Part shown: positions 50,096-61,480 of the stretch, piece after piece | Numbering within the stretch: the first letter of the stretch is position 1 | How the letters are laid out: each line of letters starts with the position of its first letter | Assembly: GCF_006345805.1 (NCBI RefSeq) | Contig: NC_043001.1 | Location: forward strand, 20,212,001-20,276,000 | Reading direction: 5' to 3' | DNA from: Octopus sinensis | Lineage: Eukaryota | Length of the DNA stretch: 64,000 bases | Made by a program: the position numbers and the translations under genes | The notes under the pieces: generated by a model | Databases searched by the model: none | The model's input: the letters and a program-made list of their open reading frames with translations, nothing else | Told to the model about the DNA's origin: nothing

Positions 50096-53000
50096 TTATG
50101 TAAGTATGCACATATATGTATGTATATATGTACATTTTATTTATATTATTATATGATCGAATGCCATGCATCCATTTCCAAGTAGGTGTATCTTAATAAT
50201 CTTGATGCGACTCCACCCTGTACTGTTTTATCTCTCCCCCTTCGTTTTTCCTCTCATCCTTTCTCTAATTCCTTTTTCCTCCCTTCACCGTTTTCTATCT
50301 GCCTCTCTCTTTCCCTCTCCCTCCTTTACTCTCTGTCGTTGCTCACATGTGGCCATCGTCCAACTTTCTTTTCTTCACATGATCATCTTTCTTTTCCTTC
50401 AGTCTGTCGCACAGACCAGATGCATTCTTTTCTGTCTCCTATCCTATCCTTTCTCTTGTCAAAGAATATTCCTCCAGCATTCTCTACCTTACCTCGTCTG
50501 ACCCTAATGGCCCTCCATGTTTGTTTGCATTTGGTTTGTTGTATGTCTCCACTGTCCTGTTTTTGTTACCAACCTTGACACTCTACAAAATCCCAAATTT
50601 TATTTTGATTCATGGGAGCAACTATTTTACGAAGCCTCATATTGTCATTAATTGCTCAAAATGTGGATTAGATGAACAGCCAACAACTGATGAAGGGTCG
50701 TTCTTTATGTTACTTGTCTTGTTTTCCTTTTGTGTCTCTTGTTGTTCACATACCCAAGTTTGCCTTTGTATTTCATGTTGTTTATGTATTTCATAATTCA
50801 TGTTGTTTACGTTTTATGACATCCTGTACCCATATATATATGCATATATGGGTACAGGATGTCCCATATATATATATGGGACATATATGGGATATATATA
50901 TATATATATATATATATGTAAGTATGTACATACATGTATGTATGCATGCATATGTATACATCGCTAGCCACTACACGTTCTTTATTTTCTCTCCTTGTTT
51001 CTGTGTTCCTTTCTGTGGAAGAGTGTAAGCTCGAAACGTTAAAGACTTTTTCACTTCCCTAGCATTATACAAATACATTTGTTTGTTGTCTACACCACCT
51101 GTCTTTGTCTTTTGTTTTTTTGTGAATTCTCCCTATATATATATATATATATATATATATCGTTGCCAGCTTCGCCTTACTGGCACTTGTGCCCCATGCT
51201 AGTAGGGTGCTAAGAGCACCATCCGAGCATGATCGTTGCCAGAGCAGCTAACTGGCCTCCGTGCCGGTGGCATGTAGGAGGCTCCATTTGAGCGGGATCG
51301 TTACCAGCATCGCCTTACTGGCACCTGTGCCGTTGGCATGTACAAAGAAATTTGAGCGAGGTCGTTGCCAGTACCGCCTGACTGGCCCCTGTGCCGGTGG
51401 CACGTAAAAGCACCCACTACACTCTAGGAGTGGTTGGCATTAGGAAGGGCATCCAGCTGTAGAAACTCTGCCAGATCAAGACTGGAGCCTGGTGCAGCCA
51501 TCTGGTTTGCCAGCCCGCAGTCAAACCGTCCAACCCATACTAGCATGGAAAGTGGACGTTAAACGACGACGATGATGATGATGATGATATATATATATAT
51601 ATATAATTTATATTATATATGTATGTATATATGCTAATTGTAACAAATTTTTCAATACCATTTTGAATAATATGAAAGATGATACTGCTATAAAATAGTA
51701 TTTTAAATTTGTTCAACTTCATTATTTAGCTGATTTTTACACACATACACACACACGTTTAGACATATAGACATAAACATCATCTCTTGATTCCAATCTT
51801 CTGTGAAGACATGTCTCCTGTATGGTAACTTAGGAAAGTGTCTTCTGCAATAGCCATAGGCTGACTAAGCTTTTGTAAATGGATTTGGTAGACAGAAACT
51901 GAAAGAAACCCAAAGTGTGTATGTGCATAAATATATGCATGTATGTAATGTATGTCTGTGTGTAAGCATGTGTGTGTGTTTGTGTCTCTTTCTGTTGAGA
52001 TTATACAATAGGTGTATATGAATATCAGCTTAATACAAGTAGCATCATTTGTTTCTGGTCTTCCTAGAAAATATGTCCAACCATGGGAAAATATTACCTT
52101 GCATGGAAACAGATGAGGGTTGTGGACAAGAGGGACGTTCAGCCATAGAAAATCTGTGTCAATGCCTCCCATCTCACCCATGCTAGCATGAAAAAGTGGA
52201 TGTTAAAACAATGATAATAATAATAGGTGCAGGAGTGGCAGTGTGGTAAGTAGCTTGCTAACCAAGCACAGGGTTCCGGGTTCAGTCCCACTGCGTGGCA
52301 TCTTGGGCAAGTGTCTTCTGCTATGGCCCCGGGCCGACCAAAGCCTTGTGAGTGGATTTGGTTGATGGAAACTGAAAGAAGCCTGTCATATATATGTGTA
52401 TATATATGTGTGTGTGTGTGTAAATGTTTGTGTCTCTGTGTTTGTCCCTCTAGCATTGTTTGACAACCGATGCTGGTGTGTTTACGTCCCCGTCACTTAG
52501 CGGTTCGGCAAAAGAGACCGATAGAATAAGTACTGGGCTTACAAAGAATAAGTCCCGGGGTGATTTGCTCGACTAAAGGCGGTGCTCCAGCATGGCCACA
52601 GTCAAATGACTGAAACAAGTAAAAGAGTGAAAAGAGTAATGTGTGTGTGTATACAAAAGATGTCTCTGCAGTTTCAGTCTGTCAATTATGTATACTCACC
52701 AGACATCATTGAGTCACAGATTATGGTAGACAATACTCTTTTACTTGTTTCAGTCATTTGACTGTGGCCATGCTGGAGCACCGCCTTTAGTCGAGCAAAT
52801 TGACCCCGGACTTATTCTTTGTAAGCCCAGTACTTATTCTATCGGTCTCTTTTGCCGAACTGCTAAGTGACGGGGACGTAAACACACCAGCATCGGTTGT
52901 CAAGCAGTGCTAGGGGGACAAAGACAGACACACAAACACATACACACACACATATATATATATATACATGCATATATACGACAGGCTTCTTTCAGTTTCC

Positions 53001-53305
53001 GTCTACCAAATCCACTCACAAGGCATTGGTTGGCTCGGGGCTATAGCAGAAGACACTTGCCCAAGATGCCATGCAGTGGGACTGAACCCGGAACCATGTG
53101 GCTGGTTAGCAAGCTACTTACCACACAGCCACTCCTACGCCTATTTAAGGTTCCATTCTTTGGAATCAAATACAGAATTAAATTGTTGTGAAACAAACTT
53201 CTTGGTAACACAACTGTATCTGTCAGCTCAGAAGAAAGGTTTGTGTTTTATAGCAATAAATATGATTATTAATGATAGATCTAAGAAAACTCAACTGATA
53301 CTCAC

Positions 53306-53333
53306 AGTATGATACATTGGCACCTGGGATAAT
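53306..53333 (-). CDS. IL-17R-like gene, 28-nt microexon copy 1 (phase 2-0)
   Basis: Acceptor tttccttttccttgccag, donor ACT|gtgagt; (E)LSQVPMYHT bridges exons 57239 and 44900. Confidence 0.65.
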
Positions 53334-54488
53334 CTGGCAAGGAAAAGGAAATATATTCAGTAAATACAGGAATTGATAATATTTTATGAATTCTAACAGG
53401 ACAGAAAATACTTTTGTATCAAAGCTGCTGTTATGTTTAAAGATTTGTTCTGAATGGTTATTTGAGAGCAGTAAAAGGTGATTAAAACAGTTCCGTATTA
53501 GATTAAATTGTTCAATGCAACTATTTTTATTTAGTCCTATCAAGCAGACCCATAATCAAAGGCATTCCATTTGTGACCATCCTGTCGTGTGTGTGTGTGT
53601 GTAAATGTTTGTGTCTCTGTGTTGTCCCTCTAGCATTGTTTGACAACCGATGCTGGTGTGTTTACGTCCCCGTCACTTAGCGGTTCGGCAAAAGAGACCG
53701 ATAGAATAAGTACTGGGCTTACAAAGAATAAGTCCCGGGGTCGATTTGCTCGACTAAAGGCGGTGCTCCAGCATGGCCACAGTCAAATGACTGAAACAAG
53801 TAAAAGAGTGAAAAGAGTAATGTGTGTGTGTATACAAAAGATGTCTCTGCAGTTTCAGTCTGTCAAATTATGTATACTCACCAGACATCATTGAGTCACA
53901 GATTATGGTAGACAATACTCTTTTACTTGTTTCAGTCATTTGACTGTGGCCATGCTGGAGCACCGCCTTTAGTCGAGCAAATTGACCCCGGGACTTATTC
54001 TTTGTAAGCCCAGTACTTATTCTATCGGTCTCTTTTGCCGAACTGCTAAGTGACGGGGACGTAAACACACCAGCATCGGTTGTCAAGCAGTGCTAGGGGG
54101 ACAAAGACAGACACACAAACACATACACACACACATATATATATATATACATGCATATATACGACAGGCTTCTTTCAGTTTCCGTCTACCAAATCCACTC
54201 ACAAGGCATTGGTTGGCTCGGGGCTATAGCAGAAGACACTTGCCCAAGATGCCATGCAGTGGGACTGAACCCGGAACCATGTGGCTGGTTAGCAAGCTAC
54301 TTACCACACAGCCACTCCTACGCCTATTTAAGGTTCCATTCTTTGGAATCAAATACAGAATTAAATTGTTGTGAAACAAACTTCTTGGTAACACAACTGT
54401 ATCTGTCAGCTCAGAAGAAAGGTTTGTGTTTTATAGCAATAAATATGATTATTAATGATAGATCTAAGAAAACTCAACTGATACTCAC

Positions 54489-54516
54489 AGTATGATACAT
54501 TGGCACCTGGGATAAT
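54489..54516 (-). CDS. IL-17R-like gene, 28-nt microexon copy 2 (identical duplicate)
   Basis: Same sequence and splice sites, 1183 bp upstream on the gene strand. Confidence 0.55.
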
Positions 54517-55297
54517 CTGGCAAGGAAAAGGAAATATATTCAGTAAATACAGGATTGATAATATTTTATGAATTCTAACAGGACAGAAAATACTTTTGTA
54601 TCAAAGCTGCTGTTATGTTTAAAGATTTGTTCTGAATGGTTATTTGAGAGCAGTAAAAGGTGATTAAAACAGTTCCGTATTAGATTAAATTGTTCAATGC
54701 AACTATTTTTATTTAGTCCTATCAAGCAGACCCATAATCAAAGGCATTCCATTTGTGACCATCCTGTCGTGTGTGTGTGTGTGTGTGCATATATGTGTGT
54801 GTTTTGTGCATATATGTGCGGGTCTTTGTGTATGTATTTGTTTATATATATATATATACTCTTTTACTCTTTTTACTCTTTTACTTGTTTCAGGCATTTG
54901 ACTGCGGCCATGCTGGAGCACTGCCTTTAGTCGAGCAAATCGACCCCGGGACTTATTCTTTGTAAGCCCAGTACTTATTTTATCGGTCTCTTTTGCCGAA
55001 CCGCTTAGTGACGGGGACGTACACACACCAGCATCGGTTGTCAAGCAATGCTAGGGGGACAAACACAGACACACACATATATATACATATATACGACAGG
55101 CTTCTTTCAGTTTCCGTCTACCAAATCCACTCACAAGGCATTGGTCGGCCCGGGGCTATAGCAGAAGACACTTGCCCAAGATGCCACGCAGTGGGACTGA
55201 ACCCGGAACCATGTGGTTGGTTAGCAAGCTACTTACCACACAGCCACTCCTGCGCCTATATATATATATGTATGGGTGAAAAGGAACACACGAGTTG

Positions 55298-55699
55298 ATA
55301 TATATGAAAAAACAAGTCAAGATAGAAAATGCTAAAATAATTTTATAAAGAACATTTCAGTACCGGTTTCGGTCATTTTGAGACCTTTTCAACTGTAACG
55401 ATTAAATAATTAAATTTAGAAAAATTAAAAGAAAAGTTTTTTTAAAGGAATATTTGTATAGAGAGGTGATTAAAGAGGTGAATATTTGTATAAACAAGAG
55501 AGACAGAGAAAGGCAGAAACAAGGAAAATGCCACTTATATTTGAACACTATACAAATATTCCTTTAAAAAAACTTTTCTTTTAATTTTTCTACATTTAAT
55601 TATTTAATCGTTACAGTTGAAAAGGTCTCAAAATGACCGAAACCGGTACTGAAATGTTCTTTATAATATTATTTTAGCATTTACTATCTTGACTTGTTT

Positions 55700-55710
<11 letters not shown>
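55298..55710. repeat. Head-to-head inverted repeat (~164-bp arms) in (AT)n with degenerate hammerhead-like motif
   Basis: Arms 55298-55461 / 55548-55710; right arm cag-TTGAAAA-GGTC tcaaaat GACC-GAAAC CG GTA-ctg. Confidence 0.85.
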
Positions 55711-55750
<40 letters not shown>

Positions 55751-55895
55751 CATATATACATACATACATACATATATATATATGTATATATATATTTATA
55801 AGTTCAACAAAATTTAGATTCAGATGAATATGGTACTTAAGTTAAAGGCACCAGAATTTTGTATGGTATTATCCATATAAATCAAATGGGGTGAT

Positions 55896-56370
55896 TATAA
55901 TCAAAATAAGCAACAAGGATATCCAAGGTAGTTTAGTATAATCGTTTCATGCTCTTTCATTTTATTAAGCATTGTAAGTATTACATCAGTTTTAAAATGT
56001 CGAGCAATCTTCAGCCAAATATAGAATTTTTTAATTAAACAGACAATGCACATTTTTATACTTATTTCATTTGCCAACATTACAAAGAGGGTAGATATAT
56101 AGACAGAGAGGTTAATTTCATCATTAAGAACATGGTGATAGTATGTTCTTCTCCATCTGTAGATTTTTTATCTACCCTCTTTGTAATGTTGGCAAATGAA
56201 ATAAAAATAAAAATGTGCATTGTCTGTTTAATTAAAAAATTCTATATGTGGCTGAAGATTGCTCAACATTTTAAAACTGATGTAATACTTACAATGTTTA
56301 ATAAAATGAAGTAGCATGAAACGATTGTACTGCACTACCTTGGATATCCTTGTTGCTTATTTTGATTATA
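55896..56370. repeat. Head-to-head inverted repeat (~200-bp arms) with hammerhead-like motif (CTGAAGA core)
   Basis: Arms ~55896-56097 / 56170-56370; CTGAAGA 56252-58, TGCTC/GAGCA-type stem II, GAAAC GATT GTA 56318-29. Confidence 0.85.
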
Positions 56371-56437
56371 TATATAGTAATGGTAAGACAACAAAAGAAT
56401 GAAAGAGACCTCGATATTAATGTAAATAGAGGAATTT

Positions 56438-56642
56438 ATTTGTAATATAATATGTGACAATTATTTGGTTGCCATAATAAAACTCTGAGTTTTGGATGTC
56501 TGGACAGAGATCTGCACCGGCATCTATTATAGCATATCTTAATTGCTTCAATAATTGGAGAGATGCCAGTACAGGTTTCCGCCCTGACATCCAAAACCCA
56601 GATATTTATTATGGCAACCGAATAATTGTCATATATTATATT

Positions 56643-56648
<6 letters not shown>
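56438..56648. repeat. Third foldback adjacent to (AT)n
   Basis: atttgtaatataatatgtgacaattatttggttgccataataaa...ttttggatgtc mirrored by gacatccaaaac...ttattatggcaaccgaataattgtcatatattatattacaaat. Confidence 0.85.
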
Positions 56649-56739
<91 letters not shown>

Positions 56740-56740
56740 C

Positions 56741-56842
<102 letters not shown>

Positions 56843-56975
56843 ATATACCCATGTGTGTGTGAGTACAAGTAATATATATGTCTGTATGTATGTCTATGTT
56901 ATTTATTCACTTGGCTACTATGATAGCCAATACGGCCGTAGCTGTTAACCCATTTAACACACAGCAGTCAGACAT

Positions 56976-57011
<36 letters not shown>

Positions 57012-57238
57012 CAAAAAAACCATGATGGGGAAAATTGTAGCAAATTGCTGGAGAAACATACTTCAGCAAACTAAATATTTTAGTTTCATGGATATGTTCA
57101 GAGAACAAAGGGAATATCTGGCAAAATAAATAATGGCTAAATTCTAATACTGAGAGTTTAAAATGGTTGTTTTGAATTCCATATCAGTGTGAAAGCTCTT
57201 GGCATTATCCTAGCATAGCACAGTAAATACTTACTTAC

Positions 57239-57289
57239 TCCTGCTGGGATATATCAAACACAATATTGTACATTACTGTATAAACGGAT
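57239..57289 (-). CDS. IL-17R-like gene, exon (phase 2-2)
   Basis: Acceptor attaatcactacag, donor GGA|gtaagt; only open frame is SVYTVMYNIVFDISQQ. Confidence 0.62.
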
Positions 57290-57625
57290 CTGTAGTGATT
57301 AATTTTCAGGACGAATAAGGAAAACTAAGAGAATTTGAAGTAGAAAAATGCACTTAACATGAGTGTAACAGATATGTTTTGGTATGATTTATGATATTGA
57401 TTGAATAAATGATACCAGTTTGCTGCTGTTTAGCCCTAGGTCGACTCTGATCCTGGAAACCTGTCATCAAAAAACATTCCAGCTATGACCATCCTATCAT
57501 TCTTGGTGAATGTAGAACTTTATAATTTGTGTCCTTTCCTTATTTAATATAGTAGGGAGTGATTTAAGGGAGATATGGTTTCTATTTCTCGTTGGTCAAA
57601 TGGCTACAGGAAGGCTATTTCATTT

Positions 57626-59931
57626 AATAATAATAATAATAATAATAATTGTGTACAGTGCTCAGGTGCACTACAACTCATCTAAAGTGTTTATATAATC
57701 AGGTGTAGTTTCGGCGGATTTCGGAAAGCATGAGGGCCTTAAAGGATGCAGTGTCATGGCAGTCAACAACTGACGCAGGCAGTTTATTCCATGCTTCAGC
57801 AACTCTGAGCGTGAAAAAATGTTTCCGAAAGTCATGGGAGCTGTGTTGTTTTCTGACTTTGTAGGCATGTCCACGTGTGTTAGACACATGGAGATCAAAA
57901 AGGTGTTCAGTGTTGTTGTTGGTTAGGTGGTTGATAACCTTGTGGGTGTTTACCAAGTCCGTCGCCAGACGCCGGAGCTTCAGTGAATCCATGCCCAGGG
58001 AAACAAGGCGCTCAGAATATGGTAGGTGTCTGATGGAGGGTATGCGTTTGGTTGCACGTCTCTGGACAGATTCCAGGAGGTCAATGTTCTGAGCAAGATA
58101 GGGATTCCAAACTGATGATGCGAATTCCAAGTGTGGTCGTACCATAGCTGTATACAGTTTTAAATAGATGGCTGGAGAGCGGCTAACAAAAGTCTTGCTG
58201 AGTGATGCCAAGACACCCTTGGCCTTCTTGACAATTTTAGAGATATGCTTTGTCCAACGCAAATCACTGCTGACAGTGATGCTTAGGTCACGCTCGCAAG
58301 AGGATTTCTTGATATCAGTGTTGTGGAGGGAGTATGTGGACGCAGGGTTTTTTCTCCCAAAATGCATGGTGGTACACTTGTCCACAGCCAGTTTCAGTTG
58401 CCAGTCTGTGATCCATTGCTGCATTGTGTCTAGGTCTGATTGCAGGAAAGCGTTGTAGACATCAGGATCTGTCCTCTTGATTTCAAGGTACAGCTTGATG
58501 TCGTCTGCATATTTCAATACTGTGGCATTCTTTAAATTGGCATCTATGTCATTAATGTATGCCACAAACAGGAGGGGACCAAGGACAGATCCCTGTGGTA
58601 CACCCGATGACATCTCATATGGTGTAGAGTGCTGTCCTAGAACTGCGACTACCTCATTTCGGCTGAGGATGAAGGATTTCAACCAGTTAAAAAGGTCATC
58701 CCCCACACCCATTGCAGAGAGTTTCACCATAAGCCTTTTGTGTGGCACAGAGTTGAAAGCCTTAGCAAAGTCAAGGTAGACAACATCCACCCATGAGCCA
58801 CTGTCAGTGATCTGAGTAATGTCCTCAAGGAACTCGACAAGCTGGTCACTGCAGCTGAAGTTAGGGACAAATCCGTATTGTGAGGGTCGGATGAGACTGT
58901 GAGAGCTCCAGAAGTTCCAGAGTGTTTCTCTGACACACAATTCCATCAGTTTTGCAATACAGCTAGTGAGACTGACTGGGCGATAGTTGACAGGTGATGT
59001 GCGGTCACCCTTTTTGAACAGAGGAATGACACTGGCAGTTTTCCACTGCTCCGGAGTAGCACCATTGTTGAGACAGTACTGGAAGAAAATAGAAAGCTGG
59101 TGTAAAAGGAAGTGCCTGCCACGTTTGAGAAGCAGGTATGTAACTCCATCGAGACCAGGGGAGGCATAGTTGCGCTTATTTTGAAGGTGACGTCGCAGCA
59201 TTGCAGGTGTAAATTCCATAGTTGTTATGGAGTTTGCTGTTAGTGATGGTGAAGATGGTACATTTTGACTTTCAACAGTGAATATGTTTGCATAGCACTC
59301 GGCAATGAGTTCTGCGCATTCCTTGGGGTCGTCAGTGATCTGGTTTGTGTGAGGGTTGCGAAGAGGGCCCACTGGAGAGTGAGGTCTCTGCTTTGAATGC
59401 ACATATTTCCAGAAAACCTTGCTGTCAGGATTGGCTGCTATGCACTGTTCAAATTCAAGCACTGCATTTTTTGTCACTTGCTTGAGATGATTGGAGGATT
59501 TATTCCGCTTCTTCCTGTTGGTGTCTGATTTATGCAACTTGTATTCCTGTTCAGCAGTCCGACGTTCCTTCCTGGCAAGTCGGACCGCTGAAGTTTCCCA
59601 ATTGCCCTTTTGGGGCGGTTCTTCTTTTTTTGTTTACGTGGCACTGATGCTGCACATGCTGCCCATATTGAGTCCAGGATACTCTGGAGTATAGTATTCA
59701 CATCTCCAGAGTTGTAGAATTCACGCCAGTTTGGGTGCTGTAGTTCAGTGTGGTACAGGTTCCAATCTGCTCTCTTCCAATCGAAGGAAGCAGATTGGAG
59801 ATGGTTCAGGTGTTTGTTGCCCGCAAGAGCCAGATTGGTGATGATCATAGCATGATCAGAGTCACCTAGAGGTTCCTCTGTAGTGCAATTGATAACCGCT
59901 TCAGGATTTGTGGTGAAGAGCAGGTCCCAGG
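57626..59931 (-). mobile_element. 5'-truncated CR1/L2-group LINE with near-intact RT ORF
   Basis: (TTA)n tail, candidate TSD tcattt at 57620-25 and 59932-37, end of the APE domain (DLLFT...PLGDSDH) frameshifted into the RT ORF. Confidence 0.93.
57699..59537 (-). CDS. LINE ORF2 reverse transcriptase (612-aa open frame)
   Basis: YRPVSLTSCIAKLME, QYGF, YLDFAKAF, GVPQGSVLGPLLF, YADD and the CR1-type C-terminal YTAMVRPHLEFASSVWNP. Confidence 0.92.
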   Translation of the reverse strand: MHKSDTNRKKRNKSSNHLKQVTKNAVLEFEQCIAANPDSKVFWKYVHSKQRPHSPVGPLRNPHTNQITDDPKECAELIAECYANIFTVESQNVPSSPSLTANSITTMEFTPAMLRRHLQNKRNYASPGLDGVTYLLLKRGRHFLLHQLSIFFQYCLNNGATPEQWKTASVIPLFKKGDRTSPVNYRPVSLTSCIAKLMELCVRETLWNFWSSHSLIRPSQYGFVPNFSCSDQLVEFLEDITQITDSGSWVDVVYLDFAKAFNSVPHKRLMVKLSAMGVGDDLFNWLKSFILSRNEVVAVLGQHSTPYEMSSGVPQGSVLGPLLFVAYINDIDANLKNATVLKYADDIKLYLEIKRTDPDVYNAFLQSDLDTMQQWITDWQLKLAVDKCTTMHFGRKNPASTYSLHNTDIKKSSCERDLSITVSSDLRWTKHISKIVKKAKGVLASLSKTFVSRSPAIYLKLYTAMVRPHLEFASSVWNPYLAQNIDLLESVQRRATKRIPSIRHLPYSERLVSLGMDSLKLRRLATDLVNTHKVINHLTNNNTEHLFDLHVSNTRGHAYKVRKQHSSHDFRKHFFTLRVAEAWNKLPASVVDCHDTASFKALMLSEIRRNYT

Positions 59932-60567
59932 TCATTTGCTTGAAACGACTGTTTAATGCTAAGTCATTATCATCATCATCGTTGTCATTGTCATTCTTGT
60001 CATCACCATCATAACAGCTTTTTTGCCATGCATAGGAGTGGCTGTGTGGTAAGTAGCTTGCTTACCAACCACATGGTTCCGGGTTCAGTTCCACTGCATG
60101 GCACCTTGGGCAAGTGTCTTCTACTATAGCCTCGGGCCAACCAAAGCCTCGTGAGCGGATTTGGCAGATGGAAACTGAAAGAAGCCTGTCGTATATATTT
60201 ATATATATGTATATATATATGTGTATGTGTGTGTGTATATGTTTGTGTGTCTGTGTTTGTCCCTCCAACATCGCTTGACAACCGATACTGGTGTGTTTAC
60301 ATCCCCGTCACTTAGTGGTTCGGCAAAAGCGACCGATAGAATAAGTACTAGGCTTACAAAGAATGAGTCCCGGGGTCGATTTGCTTGACTAAAGGTGGTG
60401 CTCCAGCATGGCCGCAGTCAAAATGACTGAAACAAGTAAAAGAGTAAGAAAGATCGATACAACATCTGACATGTGGTACACGGTGCATCTGTACAGGTAA
60501 TGTCGATTTGATGGAGGGAGTGAGCTTATGAGTAAACAGATTTTTCTTTTCATTATTTTTTTTTTAC

Positions 60568-60644
60568 CTTGTTAAATTTGGCCACTCAGAGGCAGAATAA
60601 TCTCTGGCTTCCTTTAACAGTTCAGAATGGCAGTTTACCCAGAT
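60568..60644 (-). CDS. IL-17R-like gene, candidate exon (phase 0-2)
   Basis: Donor AAG|gtaaaa; IWVNCHSELLKEARDYSASEWPNLT(R) is in phase with exon 57289; the acceptor (aaaatagatag) is poor and abuts an RTE tail. Confidence 0.45.
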
Positions 60645-61096
60645 CTATCTATTTTTACCATCTGTACGTTGCCGATGCCAGCGCTGCCTTGACTGGCTTC
60701 TGTGTTGGTGGCACATAAAAACCACCAACCGATCGTGGCCGTTGCCAGCCTCCCCTGGCACCTGTGCCAGTGACACGTAAAAAGCACCCACTACACTCAC
60801 GGTGTGGTTGGCGTTAGGAAGGGCATCCAGCTGTAGAAACACCGCCAGATCAGACTGGAGCCTGGTACAGCCTCCTGGCTTCCCAGACCCCGGTCGAACC
60901 GTCCTACCCATGCTAGCATGGAAAACGGACGTTAAACGATGATGATGATCTCAGATTGTAGTTTCATTCTATGAACTTATTTTAAGAATGGGAGATGTCA
61001 TGTACGACACTAGCATCGCTAGATGGGGTGGCAATGGTAGGCAACACTTTAATGGTGGGGCAGCACTTTAGGGCCTGCAGTATATGCCTGTGTAAG

Positions 61097-61480
61097 GGTC
61101 TGATGCGGGAGTAGGGATGGCAAGCTCAAGGGCAGCCCCGAGTGGCACATTAGGTATGTCATCAATGTACAACAGTAAGCTGGTGATGAAAACTATCTCC
61201 ACTCACAAATACTATATATTCTTTAAGTGACACACAGTCCCTGATCTTGTATCGAGAAAAACGTGTTTTAAATCATGAGTGGGAGAAATACAGTAACAGT
61301 ACCGGATAGTAATGTTTATATGGCAACATAATGTGGCAGTCCTGTAAAGTCTTAAGTTTTTGAGTATCACGTAAGGCTAGACATGGGAGCGATGGGGTCT
61401 GATGTGGGAGTAGGGATGACAAGCTCAAGGGCAGCCCCGAGTGGCACATCAGCTATGGCACCAGTGTACAACAGTAAGCT
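61097..61480. repeat. Two ~85-bp direct repeats ~299 bp apart
   Basis: ggtctgatgygggagtagggatgrcaagctcaagggcagccccgagtggcacat...tgtacaacagtaagct at ~61097-61180 and ~61396-61480. Confidence 0.85.
61207..61245 (-). CDS. Possible further upstream exon (phase 0-0)
   Basis: Acceptor gtttttctcgatacaag, donor TTT|gtgagt; only open frame is IRDCVSLKEYIVF. Confidence 0.35.

Larger units (their letters stand above)
52408..54785. repeat. Tandem duplication, two ~1.18-kb copies with breakpoints in SINE (GT)n tracts
   Basis: 52.41-53.59 kb is repeated at 53.59-54.78 kb (offset 1181-1183); the differences noticed are single-base homopolymer indels. Confidence 0.95.

Noticed and set aside
51010-51050. 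Hammerhead-like ctgtggaa-GAGTgtaaGCTC-GAAACGTT
   Set aside because: Stem II and GAAAC are present but the core does not match CUGANGA; at most a degenerate remnant
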